Shown here in pieces: positions 10,085 through 20,799 of a stretch of 64,000 bases of DNA. The notes beneath the pieces are model-generated. The model was given only the letters and a program-made list of their open reading frames with translations. It searched no databases and was not told where the DNA came from. This DNA comes from an uncultured Rikenellaceae bacterium (GTDB lineage: Bacteria > Bacteroidota > Bacteroidia > Bacteroidales > VadinHA17), in the NCBI GenBank assembly GCA_964383915.1, contig CAYLJE010000001.1, forward strand, positions 1,893-65,892, in the 5' to 3' direction. A program made the translations under genes and the position numbers. Every line of letters starts with the position of its first letter. Within the stretch, counting starts at the first letter, position 1.

Positions 10085-12556
10085 ATGGAAAAGATACAAT
10101 TTATTTTTCTGATATTTTTTTTTACAGAATTAATTTCTGTATATGGTTCTGGGATTAATCCGGTAGAGACACGTAAGTCTTTGACAGCCATTAAAGTGTC
10201 TGTTCCTCCAAAAATTGACGGGATACTGGATGATCCTTGTTGGCAGGAGGCGCCTGTTGCCGGAAATTTTATTCAATATGCTCCATACAATGGCAGGCCG
10301 GCTACTTTCCCAACGAAGGTCAAAGTCGTTTATGATGATAAGGCTCTCTATATTTCAGCCGAAATGTATGATCCTCATCCGGATAGTATTCTCCACGAGT
10401 TGGGAAAGAGAGATGCCGACAGAAATATTCAGTCGGATAATTTTAGTGTGGATCTGAATCCTTTTCATGACGGAGTAAACGGAGAGACATTTAAATTATC
10501 TGCCTCCGGTGTACAAACCGATCTCAAACGCAGTCCGTCAGTACGTCACGGAAGAGATATGAATTGGGATGCTGTTTGGCAAAGCGCTGTTAAAATTAAT
10601 AAAAATGGCTGGGTCGCTGAGATGAAAATACCGTACTCTGCCATTCGTTTCTCGAAAGTAGATACAGCAGTCTGGGGAATCAACTTTTGGCGGGAAATCA
10701 AGCGTTACCAGGAATATTCTTCATGGAACCGGGTGGACCGCGTAGTAGGAAACAGTTTTAATTATATGGGGGATCTGGTGGGTATCCATTCCATAAATCC
10801 TCCTTTGCGCTTGTCTGTTACTCCTTATGTTTCGGGATATCTTCAGAACTATTCAGAGACCGGAGGGTGGACAAATACATACAATGGAGGAATGGATCTG
10901 CGATACGGTATTAACGAAAGCTTTACGCTGGATATGACACTTATTCCTGATTTTGGTCAGGTACAATCGGATGATAAAATATTGAACCTTTCCCCGTTTG
11001 AGGTGAAATATAACGAAAAGCGTCAGTTTTTTACCGAAGGGACCGAGTTGTTTAACAAAGGAGGCATCTTTTATTCCCGTAGGATCGGTGGGAGACCGAA
11101 TGAATATGATAGCGCATACAGTGTTTTGGCTCCTGACGAAACGGTGGTTACCAATCCTGAAGAAACGCAACTGATAAATGCTACCAAAGTATCAGGGCGA
11201 AACAAAAACGGTTTAGGTATCGGGATATTCAATGCTGTAACAGAAAATATGTATGCGCTCATTAAAGATAATGAAACGGGGAAAGAAAGAAGATTACGGA
11301 CCCAGCCGATAGCTAATTATAATATGGTTGTTTTGGATCAGAGCCTGAAAAATAATTCATACCTGAGCCTGGAGAACACCAATGTTTACCGGTTTGCCCC
11401 CAAAGATGAATATAATTATACAGCCAATGTGACAGCTACTGATTTCCTGTTTAAGGAAAAAACCAATAAATATTCTGTAGGAGGGCAGGTCGCTCTGAGC
11501 CAGAAGTATTATGATTCACTGGACACACAACTGGGTCACCGAATTTCCTTAAAGGGTGGGAAAACCGGCGGCATTTTCAGAGCTGAGTATCAAATGACAC
11601 TCATGAGTGATACGTATGATCCGAACGATATGGGTTATCTGAGACATAATAATGAAATCTCTCATGAGTTGTCTTTTAGTTATAATATGTACAGGCCAAA
11701 AGGAATATTCCTGAGTTCACGGAATGAACTTAATTTTGAATATAGTGGAATTTATAATCCACGTGCCTTCTCTAACTTTCAGGTTTCATTAAATTCTTTT
11801 AACCAGTTTAAGAATTACTGGTTTGTCGGCGGGAGATTGAAATATTCACCCCTGGGGGAAGATGATTATTTCGAACCGCGGGTACCTGGCTGGTTTTACC
11901 ATACCGGTCAGAAAGGCAATATAGATGTTTTTGCCATGACCAATCGTAATAAAGCTTTTTCAATGGGGATGCATGCCAATGCAGGAGGTGAGTTTACCAA
12001 CTATAAACAAAGATATTTCGGATTCAGTTTGTCGCCTACATACCGTATAAGTCAACGGTTTCAGTTATCACACGATTTTGAATTTAGCAGGAGAATCCGG
12101 GATATCGGATATGTTGAAAGAAATGAATCCCAGGATTCAATCTGGTTTGGCATGAGAAACGGGACCACCGTGTCAAATACTTTCACTACGAGTTATATTT
12201 TTACCCGTGATATTTATTTGTCTTTCCGTGTGAGACACTATTGGTCCATGATAGATTATTCGGATACATATTATTTGTTGAAATCTGATGGTAATATAGA
12301 TAAATCAAACTATCAGGGATCCCATAATATCAACTATAATGCATTTACCATTGACATGGATTTTGTCTGGCGTTTTGCGCCCGGCAGTGAAATGTCTTTG
12401 GTATGGAAGAATTCTGTTTATTCAAGCGGAACAGAACTTATTCCTAATTATGCTGATAATCTCGGGAATGTTTTTTCTTCTCCCCAGGTAAATAGTTTTT
12501 CACTGAAAATTTTATATTATCTCGATTTTCAAAGTCTGAGAAAAAATATTAGTTAG
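10085..12556 (+). CDS. CBM9-like / DUF5916 domain outer-membrane protein
   Basis: It has a signal peptide and an N-terminal IDGILDDPCWQEAP segment typical of CBM9-like/DOMON-like modules, followed by a long beta-rich, aromatic-rich C-terminal region. Confidence 0.6.
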   Translation: MEKIQFIFLIFFFTELISVYGSGINPVETRKSLTAIKVSVPPKIDGILDDPCWQEAPVAGNFIQYAPYNGRPATFPTKVKVVYDDKALYISAEMYDPHPDSILHELGKRDADRNIQSDNFSVDLNPFHDGVNGETFKLSASGVQTDLKRSPSVRHGRDMNWDAVWQSAVKINKNGWVAEMKIPYSAIRFSKVDTAVWGINFWREIKRYQEYSSWNRVDRVVGNSFNYMGDLVGIHSINPPLRLSVTPYVSGYLQNYSETGGWTNTYNGGMDLRYGINESFTLDMTLIPDFGQVQSDDKILNLSPFEVKYNEKRQFFTEGTELFNKGGIFYSRRIGGRPNEYDSAYSVLAPDETVVTNPEETQLINATKVSGRNKNGLGIGIFNAVTENMYALIKDNETGKERRLRTQPIANYNMVVLDQSLKNNSYLSLENTNVYRFAPKDEYNYTANVTATDFLFKEKTNKYSVGGQVALSQKYYDSLDTQLGHRISLKGGKTGGIFRAEYQMTLMSDTYDPNDMGYLRHNNEISHELSFSYNMYRPKGIFLSSRNELNFEYSGIYNPRAFSNFQVSLNSFNQFKNYWFVGGRLKYSPLGEDDYFEPRVPGWFYHTGQKGNIDVFAMTNRNKAFSMGMHANAGGEFTNYKQRYFGFSLSPTYRISQRFQLSHDFEFSRRIRDIGYVERNESQDSIWFGMRNGTTVSNTFTTSYIFTRDIYLSFRVRHYWSMIDYSDTYYLLKSDGNIDKSNYQGSHNINYNAFTIDMDFVWRFAPGSEMSLVWKNSVYSSGTELIPNYADNLGNVFSSPQVNSFSLKILYYLDFQSLRKNIS

Positions 12557-12589
12557 TATCTTTGTGTCTGGTTGTAAAAACATTAAATT

Positions 12590-13048
12590 ATGATTCAACG
12601 CATACAGACATTGTATCTTTTTTTATCCGTGTTATTCCTCGGATTCATGTTTGCTTTTCCTTATACTCTTTTTATTGATCAGAATACGATAGCTTATGTG
12701 TTTGATTTTTTTGGTGTATATAAGCTGGAGGCAGGGACCAGGATCATGGGAGTTCTGCCTCTGGAGATACTTATCTCAGTCGTGTTTCTTATCAATCTGA
12801 TCACTATTTTTCTTTTTAAAAACCGGATTCTGCAGATGCGTCTTTGTGTTTTTAATATGTTACTGATGTTAGGGATATTGGTGCTTTCCGGGTACTACAT
12901 TACTTATATAAAAAAACAGTTGAATGCGCAGGTGTATTACAAGATTACACTTCTGTTACCGCTGATCAGTTTATTGTTTACCTGGTTGTCATTCAGGAAT
13001 ATAAGAAAAGACGAATTACTTATTCGTTCTGTGGACAGGATCAGATAA
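12590..13048 (+). CDS. DUF4293 family membrane protein
   Basis: It has the MIQRIQTLYLFL start characteristic of DUF4293, four hydrophobic helices, and is 152 aa. Confidence 0.6.
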   Translation: MIQRIQTLYLFLSVLFLGFMFAFPYTLFIDQNTIAYVFDFFGVYKLEAGTRIMGVLPLEILISVVFLINLITIFLFKNRILQMRLCVFNMLLMLGILVLSGYYITYIKKQLNAQVYYKITLLLPLISLLFTWLSFRNIRKDELLIRSVDRIR

Positions 13049-13499
13049 TCGTCAGATGTTCCTCGTCAGTTATTTTTTCGCAGTATAGACACTTGAGTCG
13101 CAATGGTTTTTTTGAGATAATCTTGAATTTTGTTTTTACCGATTCATGGTTGGTGATGCAGGTGGGATTGAAACATCGTGCAATACCCTCTATATAATCG
13201 GGGATGGTCAATTCATGTTTTTCAACCACTTCATAGTTCCGTATAATATTAAGCCTGGCATCCGGAGCTACCAGGGCGATCTTGTTGATTTCTTCTTCTG
13301 TAAAATAAATATCGGAAACCTTGATAATAGCCTTCCGGCCAAATTTTTTACTTTCCAGATTGGTGCCAAACGTGACTTGGTTCTGTATGTTTTCCAGACC
13401 TAGGATATTAATTACGGTAAACAAATTATCTGCGGGAATATGATCGATCACGGTTCCGTTTTTAATTGCACTGACACTTAGTTGTTTTGTTTTTCCCAT
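13041..13499 (-). CDS. pyrI: aspartate carbamoyltransferase regulatory subunit
   Basis: IKNGTVIDHI lies at the N-terminus. The C-terminal zinc domain carries CxxxxC...CxxC (CFNPTC ... CLYCEK). The gene sits directly downstream of pyrB. Confidence 0.9.
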   Translation of the reverse strand: MGKTKQLSVSAIKNGTVIDHIPADNLFTVINILGLENIQNQVTFGTNLESKKFGRKAIIKVSDIYFTEEEINKIALVAPDARLNIIRNYEVVEKHELTIPDYIEGIARCFNPTCITNHESVKTKFKIISKKPLRLKCLYCEKITDEEHLTII

Positions 13500-13509
13500 A
13501 TTTGAATAT

Positions 13510-14427
13510 TTAAACCACGTTCAAAATAGAGGCAATGATGGCCTGTCGTATATAGACACCGTTCAGGGCCTGTTCAAAATAATAGGCTTTGGGGTTATTG
13601 TCCACGTCGTTATCAATTTCATTTACCCGTGGCAACGGATGAAGTATCCGCAGGTTTTCTTTTGTATTTTTTAACATCTCATTTCGAAGAACATATACGT
13701 TTTTGACTTTTTCATATTCCAGAGGATCGGAAAACCTTTCCCGTTGCACACGGGTCATGTAAACAATATCAGCTCTTGAGATAATATCAGTGAAGTCATA
13801 GTGTTCATAGTATTTCAGCCCTTTCTTATCTAAGATCAGCTTGTATTCATCCGGTAATCGCAATTCACCGGGAGAAATGAAATTAAAGGTTGTATTATAG
13901 TTAGATAAGGCGATAATCAATGAATGGACAGTCCTTCCGTATTTCAGGTCACCAACCATAAAAACATTCAATCCATCGAGTTTTCCCTGGGTTTTTTGGA
14001 TAGAATACAGGTCCAGGAGTGTTTGTGTAGGATGTTGGTTGGCCCCGTCTCCGGCATTAATGACAGGTACAGGAGATACTTCACTGGCATACCGGGCACT
14101 GCCTTCAATAGAATGTCGTATGATGATCAGATCTGAGTAATTACTTACAGTCAGAATGGTGTCTTTTAACGATTCGCCTTTGGTGATACTGGACGTCCCG
14201 GAATCTGCGAAACCGATAACCCTGCCCCCCAGACGTTTCACTGCACTCTCAAAACTTAAACGGGTACGGGTAGAGGGCTCAAAAAAAAGGGAAGCAATCA
14301 CTTTGCTTTCCAATATCTTACCGGGAGGATCTGTTTCGAAACGATTTGCTGTCTGAAGAATCTGTTCAATTTCTTCAGGCGAGTAATCATTGATGGATAC
14401 CAGGCTTTTGTTTCCCAAAGATTTCAT
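13510..14427 (-). CDS. pyrB: aspartate carbamoyltransferase catalytic subunit
   Basis: The STRTR, HPTQ and HPLPR motifs are all present, and the protein is 305 aa. Confidence 0.95.
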   Translation of the reverse strand: MKSLGNKSLVSINDYSPEEIEQILQTANRFETDPPGKILESKVIASLFFEPSTRTRLSFESAVKRLGGRVIGFADSGTSSITKGESLKDTILTVSNYSDLIIIRHSIEGSARYASEVSPVPVINAGDGANQHPTQTLLDLYSIQKTQGKLDGLNVFMVGDLKYGRTVHSLIIALSNYNTTFNFISPGELRLPDEYKLILDKKGLKYYEHYDFTDIISRADIVYMTRVQRERFSDPLEYEKVKNVYVLRNEMLKNTKENLRILHPLPRVNEIDNDVDNNPKAYYFEQALNGVYIRQAIIASILNVV

Positions 14428-14487
14428 AAGTTTCGTTTAAATAATGTGCGTTAAAATTAATAAATTCCATCCTTTTTAAGGAATCTT

Positions 14488-15105
14488 TCAGCCTGTTTCG
14501 TTTTTTTTGACATTAATTTTTCCTTTTGATAAGAACAGATTTATCATTTTTTCTGTGCTTGTTCTCCTTACTTTAAGCTCTAACCGACAGGATGTTCCAA
14601 AATCCTGCGTCAGAATTGTGAGATGTTCCCTGTTCATTACCTGCATTACAGCATTCATCTGATCATAATCAAAATATAATGTCAGGGTATCTTCTATCAC
14701 CTTATGGATGATTTTCGAATGATTGATTGCATCACGGGCAGCCAGTTTATAGGCATTGAAAAGGCCTCCGGTACCTAGTAATGTGCCACCAAAATATCTT
14801 ACCACAACAATTAAAACTTCATAGAGACCGGCAGAAATGATCTGTCCGAAGATGGGTTTCCCGGCAGTGCCGGAGGGCTCTCCGTCATCACTGTAACGAA
14901 ACAGATTGTTCTCAGGATCTAAACGAAAAGCGTAACAGTGATGTCGTGCATCATGATATTCTTTTTTCAGATATCCTATCATCTCTTTCACTTTTGCTTC
15001 CGATAAGACCGGATAACCAAAAGCCATAAATTTACTGCCCCGGTCTTTGTACTGTCCCGTGGCCGGAGATGCAATGGTTAGATATGTATCACTTTTTTCC
15101 TTCAT
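14488..15105 (-). CDS. YigZ / IMPACT family protein (UPF0029)
   Basis: The ARHHCYAFRL...DDGEPSGTAGKPI core of the IMPACT N-domain is present, and the protein is 205 aa. Confidence 0.85.
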   Translation of the reverse strand: MKEKSDTYLTIASPATGQYKDRGSKFMAFGYPVLSEAKVKEMIGYLKKEYHDARHHCYAFRLDPENNLFRYSDDGEPSGTAGKPIFGQIISAGLYEVLIVVVRYFGGTLLGTGGLFNAYKLAARDAINHSKIIHKVIEDTLTLYFDYDQMNAVMQVMNREHLTILTQDFGTSCRLELKVRRTSTEKMINLFLSKGKINVKKNETG

Positions 15106-15108
15106 TTA

Positions 15109-15633
15109 TCATACGAAGATAATATATATACTGATTAGTGACAATGTAAAACCCACCCAGTTTATCAAATTTAACCGTTCTCTGAAAAACAATACCCCTG
15201 TCAAAACCGTCAAAGCAAGAATACCTGTATTATTGATAGCAAAAATAAGAGAAGTCAGGGCCAGCATGATTCCTGTAATTTTTATCGTGCTAATGCTTTC
15301 ATGAAAAAACAAAATACTAAACGTAATTGGGATGGCAACCGATATCTTGGCAGAAATAGTGCTGATGCCCATGCCGGCTTTTTGTACAGATTTTCCCAGC
15401 ACACGAAACATGACAACAAACAGCATGCCTATGATTAATGCTGATAGCAGCTCCCCGCTCTCCATAGTCAGAACCATTATCATTTCTTTCCTTGTTAGTA
15501 AAAACCCAAGGACGAAAGCAGTCAGATAATTGATGATGATGGCCTGAAAGGTGTTTATCCCTAAACGGTCGTATAACTTGAAGCAAACAACAATTGTTAT
15601 TCCTGAAAGAATGCTGAGTAGTAAGAATATCAT
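15109..15633 (-). CDS. short DMT/EamA-like membrane protein
   Basis: The protein is entirely hydrophobic with about 6 helices. At 174 aa it is shorter than canonical 10-TM EamA transporters. Confidence 0.5.
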   Translation of the reverse strand: MIFLLLSILSGITIVVCFKLYDRLGINTFQAIIINYLTAFVLGFLLTRKEMIMVLTMESGELLSALIIGMLFVVMFRVLGKSVQKAGMGISTISAKISVAIPITFSILFFHESISTIKITGIMLALTSLIFAINNTGILALTVLTGVLFFRERLNLINWVGFTLSLISIYIIFV

Positions 15634-15651
15634 AAAAATTGTTTAGATTCC

Positions 15652-15659
15652 CAAAAATA
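15652..15659 (-). promoter_or_regulatory. candidate -7 box (TATTTTTG on the minus strand)
   Basis: The plus strand reads CAAAAATA 19 nt upstream of the ATG at 15633. Confidence 0.3.
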
Positions 15660-15886
15660 AAAAAAAGTAAGGAAAGTTGCTTTGATACAATATTTTTCTT
15701 CTGGTTTTATCAGGCTTACTCTAGGAGGATTGGCTAAACATTTTGCAAAAATCATCTGAAAAATAACCGGAGACAAGAAATATTTATTAAGATTGCATTA
15801 GGAAAAATACTATTTAAATGTTTTAGATGATTATTTCCCGGATACTTAAACGATAAAACCTGTGATGAATAAAAATTGTTAAACCC

Positions 15887-16915
15887 ATGAAAAAAACGTC
15901 ACTTAGTGATATTGCCAGAGCCCTGGGGGTTTCCAAAACGCTGGTGTCTCTTGTCCTGAACAACCGCGGTAATGAGGTGGGAATCAATAAAGAAACCCAG
16001 AAAAAAGTCATTAAAATGGCTCAGAAGTTAAATTATAAGCCGAACCTGATTGCCAGAGGGCTACGACTGGGGGCTTCTAAAACCATTGGGCTGATCGTTC
16101 CCAACATTGGCAATCAGTTTTTTGCCAATATTGCACGAGTAGTTGAGGATGAAGCCGGTAAAAATGATTACCGGGTTATTTCTGTGAGCTCGGATGAGAA
16201 TCCGGTGAAGGAAGCCAGCCTGATTAAAGTGTTGTTGGAGCGTCAGATTGACGGGTTGATCCTGGCCAGTTCTTTGAAAGAAAGAAATGAGATCCTGAGC
16301 CTGAAAAATGAAAAAGTCCCTTTTGTATTGATAGACAGGCATTTTCCGCAGATTAAAACCAATTATGTAGTGGTAGATAATTATAGTGCGGCTTATAACG
16401 TAGTGACACATTTGATAAATCAGGGATTTAAAAAAATTGCGCTGGTGAAAATAACACCATCCTATCTGACCCCTATTAAATTGCGTTTCGATGGATACCG
16501 GGAGGCATTGCATGATCATGGGATACGTTTCGATAAAAGACAGGTAAAAGAAATTCCGTTTGGAGGAATAAAAGCTACCATGGAACAGGCTTTACCTGAA
16601 CTTCTTTTTCGTCCGGTCAGTGCGGAAGCCTTGTTTTTCCTAAATAATGATCTGACGGTGGCAGGTTTGGGAATTATCAATAAGTTGGGATTACGGATAC
16701 CACAGGATGTGGCGATTGTTAGTTTTGATGATCTGGAGTTGTTCCAGTTGCTGTATCCTCCGATAACTGCAGTGGCACAACCCTGGCAGGATATGGCGAA
16801 AAATGCGGTACATATTCTTGTACAGGAGATGCAATCCCAGGGGAAAAATATAGAAAAAACACAAATTGTTCTTCCAACTAAACTGGAGGTAAGAAAATCA
16901 TGTAACAAGTTTTAA
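15887..16915 (+). CDS. LacI family transcriptional regulator
   Basis: It has an N-terminal HTH (TLSDIARALGVSKTLVSLVLNNRG) followed by a periplasmic-binding-protein-like sugar-binding core. Confidence 0.9.
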   Translation: MKKTSLSDIARALGVSKTLVSLVLNNRGNEVGINKETQKKVIKMAQKLNYKPNLIARGLRLGASKTIGLIVPNIGNQFFANIARVVEDEAGKNDYRVISVSSDENPVKEASLIKVLLERQIDGLILASSLKERNEILSLKNEKVPFVLIDRHFPQIKTNYVVVDNYSAAYNVVTHLINQGFKKIALVKITPSYLTPIKLRFDGYREALHDHGIRFDKRQVKEIPFGGIKATMEQALPELLFRPVSAEALFFLNNDLTVAGLGIINKLGLRIPQDVAIVSFDDLELFQLLYPPITAVAQPWQDMAKNAVHILVQEMQSQGKNIEKTQIVLPTKLEVRKSCNKF

Positions 16916-16946
16916 TATTCTCATAACCCATCATAATTCCGGATAT

Positions 16947-19900
16947 ATGAAGTTATCCATATTATTTTTAATGTTTTTCTTTGTTTCAGGGATTGCCCTG
17001 TCACAAAATACAGGTTCTGGACTTATCCGTTATACTTTGAACCAGCAAGCAGAAAATTGTCTTGAAGGTTTTGGTCACAGGATATCAGGGGAGGAGATTT
17101 CGTATCATAGCAGCAGGGTAGATTGTAAGAAAGCCATCATTACAAGGGCAACGACAGGGAAAATGGCTGTTGTCTGGGAAACAGCTCCTGTCTCTATTGA
17201 TTATAAGCAAAAACAGGTGCGTTTTATATGGTTGGCCGGTTTGGATATAAATCATGGTTCTCATGATTTCTCATTTGAAATAAATGGGGAATCATTATTG
17301 GTTTTACAGGGAGAAGATGGTTTTCATCATGAGATCAGCGGAAAAGAAGGAAGTAAACTTTCTTTTTATGTAATATACAAAGATCAGTTTGGGGATGCAT
17401 TTGGGTACATGATCCTTACCCTGCCAACAGCCAGCGTGCATACGGGTAAACCGGTAAAAATAAAAGTTACGGGAGGCAACGACGGTTCCATGGCATGGTA
17501 TATGACTTTCCAATGTTCTGATGCGGCCCATTTCCTTAAAGAGCAGGCTGCCCATGAGGGTTGGCTGGATCTTGTTGTTGAAAAAAACTCCAATAATCCC
17601 ATTGCGACTATTACGGCACCTGTTACGTGGAAGGGACGGAAAGTTACGGCTTTCATAGGAGAACAAATGTTTAACCTGATGCTTGAGCAAGATGCGTCCG
17701 GCCATTCAGAAGCTCAATTTCGCTTGCATAATATTGGGTTGACCCGGAATGCAACACTGGAAGTTATGCTGAATCAATCTCCGGTTGTCTATCTGCCCGG
17801 TTTATTTTGGGAGGGCGGAGAATATCAGTTGGGGAAAGTCACCTTAATCAGACAGAAAGGATATTCCGATCAACAATTGTGGAAACTGGAAACCCGTATT
17901 ATTTATTCTCCGCAACTGGTGCGTTCTGTCAGGGATATTACTTCATCCGTATTACGGAACGGATCGGTTGGTTTAATGAATTCCAGTCATCAGGATATAG
18001 CGTGGATGGATAGTCCTGAAAAATGCATGATTGACAGAGACACCATGCTACTGACCCCCTTAATGAAGAAACTAAAAATGAATCCGGATTACCGGTTTAA
18101 TATTGAAGATGTTCTGATGATCCGGGAATATCTGCACCGACATCCGGAAGTCAGAAATGTTCTTTCACAGTTTTTATTAAATGGACACCTTCAATGCGGA
18201 GCTTCTTATAACATGCCTTATGAGGAGATGTATTTCGGAGAGAGCCTGATCCGGCAGTTTTATCTGGGGAAAAAGTGGTTGGAAGAACAATTTCCGGGAT
18301 ATAAGTCACGCATATACTGGAGTGTGGATGTTCCCGGGCGTACATTACAAATGCCCCAGATATTAAAGAAATCGGGGGTGCCTTATATGGTCCTTAGCCG
18401 GCAGGAAGAAGGGATTTATCATTGGTACGGTCCCGATAGTTCTTATATCACTGTTTACTCGCCGGGCCATTATGCAAATGCATTTCCTGCATTGAATCAG
18501 GGGTTTGAGAAAGCCGTTCTTTTTCTGGGGAAGGAAGGGAAGAAATGGGAACAATTTTATGTGGAACCTTCTCCGGGACCTGTTCTCCCGGTATTGTCAG
18601 ATTGGGATATGAGTGTAGCCAGGGATTATTCTGCACTGACTGAAAAATGGTCGTCACTACGAGCAGACCTGAACCTGCTTCCTGGTTCTGATCGTTTGCA
18701 ATTACCGCCGATCCAAATGATTACAGCCGAAACTTTCTTTAAGAAACTGGAACAGAACCATGTGGATTATAATAAGATTGAAGGAGAACGTCCTGATATC
18801 TGGATATATATTCATGGTCCGTCGCACCATAAGGCACTGAATGCAAGTCGTCGGGGAGATATATTATTACCTGCTGCCGAGAAATTTGCAACCGTCAACG
18901 CATTACTGGAAAAAACGTTTGCCAAATATCCTCAGAACAAACTGAATAAGGCTTGGGAAAACAAAATCTATCCCGATCATGGTTGGGGAGGAAAACATGG
19001 AGATATTACAGATGGCCTGTTCAGAAGAAAACTTGAGAATTCGGCATTTTTAGCAAAAGAAATATTGAGAGACCAGCTGTACCGGATTGCAGGGAAGATC
19101 AAAATGAACAGGAAAGATAATATTCCGCTGGTCGTATTTAACAGCTTGTCCTGGAAGCGAAGTGATCCGGTAACGGTTGAAATCAAACTCCCCGAAGGAT
19201 TTGGGAAAGATATTACATTGGTCGATTCTGACGGTAAAGACATGATCACGCAATTAGATCATATAAAAACTTATGCAGACGGGTCTTTATGTTCCGCAGG
19301 TTTGACTTTTATTGCAAAAGACATTCCATCGGTAGGATACCGGACTTATTATATTAAAAGCCTGAATGCAATACGAAAGAATGCCCCGTTGTTGAAATCC
19401 GAGTCTCCGGCGATTCTTGAAAATTTTTTTTACAGAGTTACCTTGTTTCCCGGAGGGATCCAGCAGGTGTATGATAAACAACTGAAGAGGAATCTTTTTG
19501 ATGATAGTAAGTTTGCAGTAGGAGATGTAATTACCATGCATTCTTTTGGTAACGGAGCCGGAGAATTTGCAGATGTTCAGCAACCGGATATGAAAGGTTA
19601 TGATCGTACCGGCCTGCATGAACTGATATGGAGAATAATCGCTGACGGTCCCGTATATACAACAATTGAATATAAACAGCCCATAGCTCATGCTATTGTC
19701 AGGCAGGAAGTTGTATTATATAAACAACTGAAAAGAATTGATTTTCATACTTATTTATTGAATTGGGATGGCACCATGTATCGTGAATTCAGGCAGATGT
19801 TTCCTGTAGCAGCTTCTCCTGATAAGGTGCGTTATGAGGTGCCTTTTGGGAGTGTGAGGGTAGGGAAGGATGAGTTAAAACAACCGGCCGGAGAAAGATA

Positions 19901-20519
19901 TATTTACCCTTGTTCGGAAACCCGGCCACGTGGTATTGAAAACTGGATGGCTGCCGAAATGGAAGATGCTACCGTTCTCTTTACCTCTTCTGTGGTTGCC
20001 TGGGATTATCTGGATCCCACCAGTAACCCGCTTCCTTCTGCTGTTTTACAGCCTGTGCTCTTGGCCAGCCGGAAAAGTTGCCATGGTGAAGGAAACGATT
20101 ATGATCAAACCGGAGATCATGCTTTTTCTTTTACACTGACCTCATTTTCTCCCCGTACTATGGATGATTTTCATCTGGGCCGACAGACCAACGAACCACT
20201 TTTTCCGGTTTTTAACCCTCCGGGGTTTGAGAATGAAAGCTTGCCGGAAGAAAAAAGTTTCTTCTCAGTAGATCAGAACCAGGTGATTATCTCTACCATC
20301 AAGAAGAGTGAAAGTGATGATGCCGTCATTATCCGCTTTTTTGAGCCGGTTGGCCAGCAGGTGTTCGCAACTGTTCATTCTGCTTTCCCAATAATAAAAG
20401 CATGGCATACCAATCTGATTGAAGAAACAGGTACATCCTTTCATGCGAATAAACATGATTTTCAAGCAAAGACAGGCGCTTATTCGATCGAAACTATAAA
20501 ATTAGTGTCTGGAAAATAA
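16947..20519 (+). CDS. GH38 family alpha-mannosidase with a roughly 340-aa N-terminal extension, secreted
   Basis: It has a signal peptide and the GH38 N-domain metal motif ...SSHQDIAWMD near residue 346. The large multi-domain C-terminus (1190 aa) resembles Bacteroides GH38 enzymes. Confidence 0.8.
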   Translation: MKLSILFLMFFFVSGIALSQNTGSGLIRYTLNQQAENCLEGFGHRISGEEISYHSSRVDCKKAIITRATTGKMAVVWETAPVSIDYKQKQVRFIWLAGLDINHGSHDFSFEINGESLLVLQGEDGFHHEISGKEGSKLSFYVIYKDQFGDAFGYMILTLPTASVHTGKPVKIKVTGGNDGSMAWYMTFQCSDAAHFLKEQAAHEGWLDLVVEKNSNNPIATITAPVTWKGRKVTAFIGEQMFNLMLEQDASGHSEAQFRLHNIGLTRNATLEVMLNQSPVVYLPGLFWEGGEYQLGKVTLIRQKGYSDQQLWKLETRIIYSPQLVRSVRDITSSVLRNGSVGLMNSSHQDIAWMDSPEKCMIDRDTMLLTPLMKKLKMNPDYRFNIEDVLMIREYLHRHPEVRNVLSQFLLNGHLQCGASYNMPYEEMYFGESLIRQFYLGKKWLEEQFPGYKSRIYWSVDVPGRTLQMPQILKKSGVPYMVLSRQEEGIYHWYGPDSSYITVYSPGHYANAFPALNQGFEKAVLFLGKEGKKWEQFYVEPSPGPVLPVLSDWDMSVARDYSALTEKWSSLRADLNLLPGSDRLQLPPIQMITAETFFKKLEQNHVDYNKIEGERPDIWIYIHGPSHHKALNASRRGDILLPAAEKFATVNALLEKTFAKYPQNKLNKAWENKIYPDHGWGGKHGDITDGLFRRKLENSAFLAKEILRDQLYRIAGKIKMNRKDNIPLVVFNSLSWKRSDPVTVEIKLPEGFGKDITLVDSDGKDMITQLDHIKTYADGSLCSAGLTFIAKDIPSVGYRTYYIKSLNAIRKNAPLLKSESPAILENFFYRVTLFPGGIQQVYDKQLKRNLFDDSKFAVGDVITMHSFGNGAGEFADVQQPDMKGYDRTGLHELIWRIIADGPVYTTIEYKQPIAHAIVRQEVVLYKQLKRIDFHTYLLNWDGTMYREFRQMFPVAASPDKVRYEVPFGSVRVGKDELKQPAGERYIYPCSETRPRGIENWMAAEMEDATVLFTSSVVAWDYLDPTSNPLPSAVLQPVLLASRKSCHGEGNDYDQTGDHAFSFTLTSFSPRTMDDFHLGRQTNEPLFPVFNPPGFENESLPEEKSFFSVDQNQVIISTIKKSESDDAVIIRFFEPVGQQVFATVHSAFPIIKAWHTNLIEETGTSFHANKHDFQAKTGAYSIETIKLVSGK

Positions 20520-20799
20520 AGAATGTCCTACTCCTCAGATTCGACTATTTTAAAAAACCTTAACAGATTATTACAGGAGAAAATAATTGTATTTAAATTT
20601 TTTCATAAGGACGTAAATTTGTAATTTTACATCAAAGTATGTTATGTTTTTCCGGTAGATAGTGTTCAATGATTGCATCTCAGGGCGTTATAAATATTAA
20701 GAATATTTATATTGGTTTAGTCTTGTTGTTTTTCGGGTATTTTACTGAAATATTTTCCGACAGGATGTTTTAAAAAGATACAAAAGAAAAAAAATAATA

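Noticed and set aside
15741-15750. Perfect 10-bp palindrome TTTTGCAAAA upstream of the LacI gene as a possible LacI operator
   Set aside because: It is too short and AT-rich to distinguish from chance. It does not extend into a 14-20-bp LacI-type operator, and no second copy lies near the GH38 or PNGase-like promoters.
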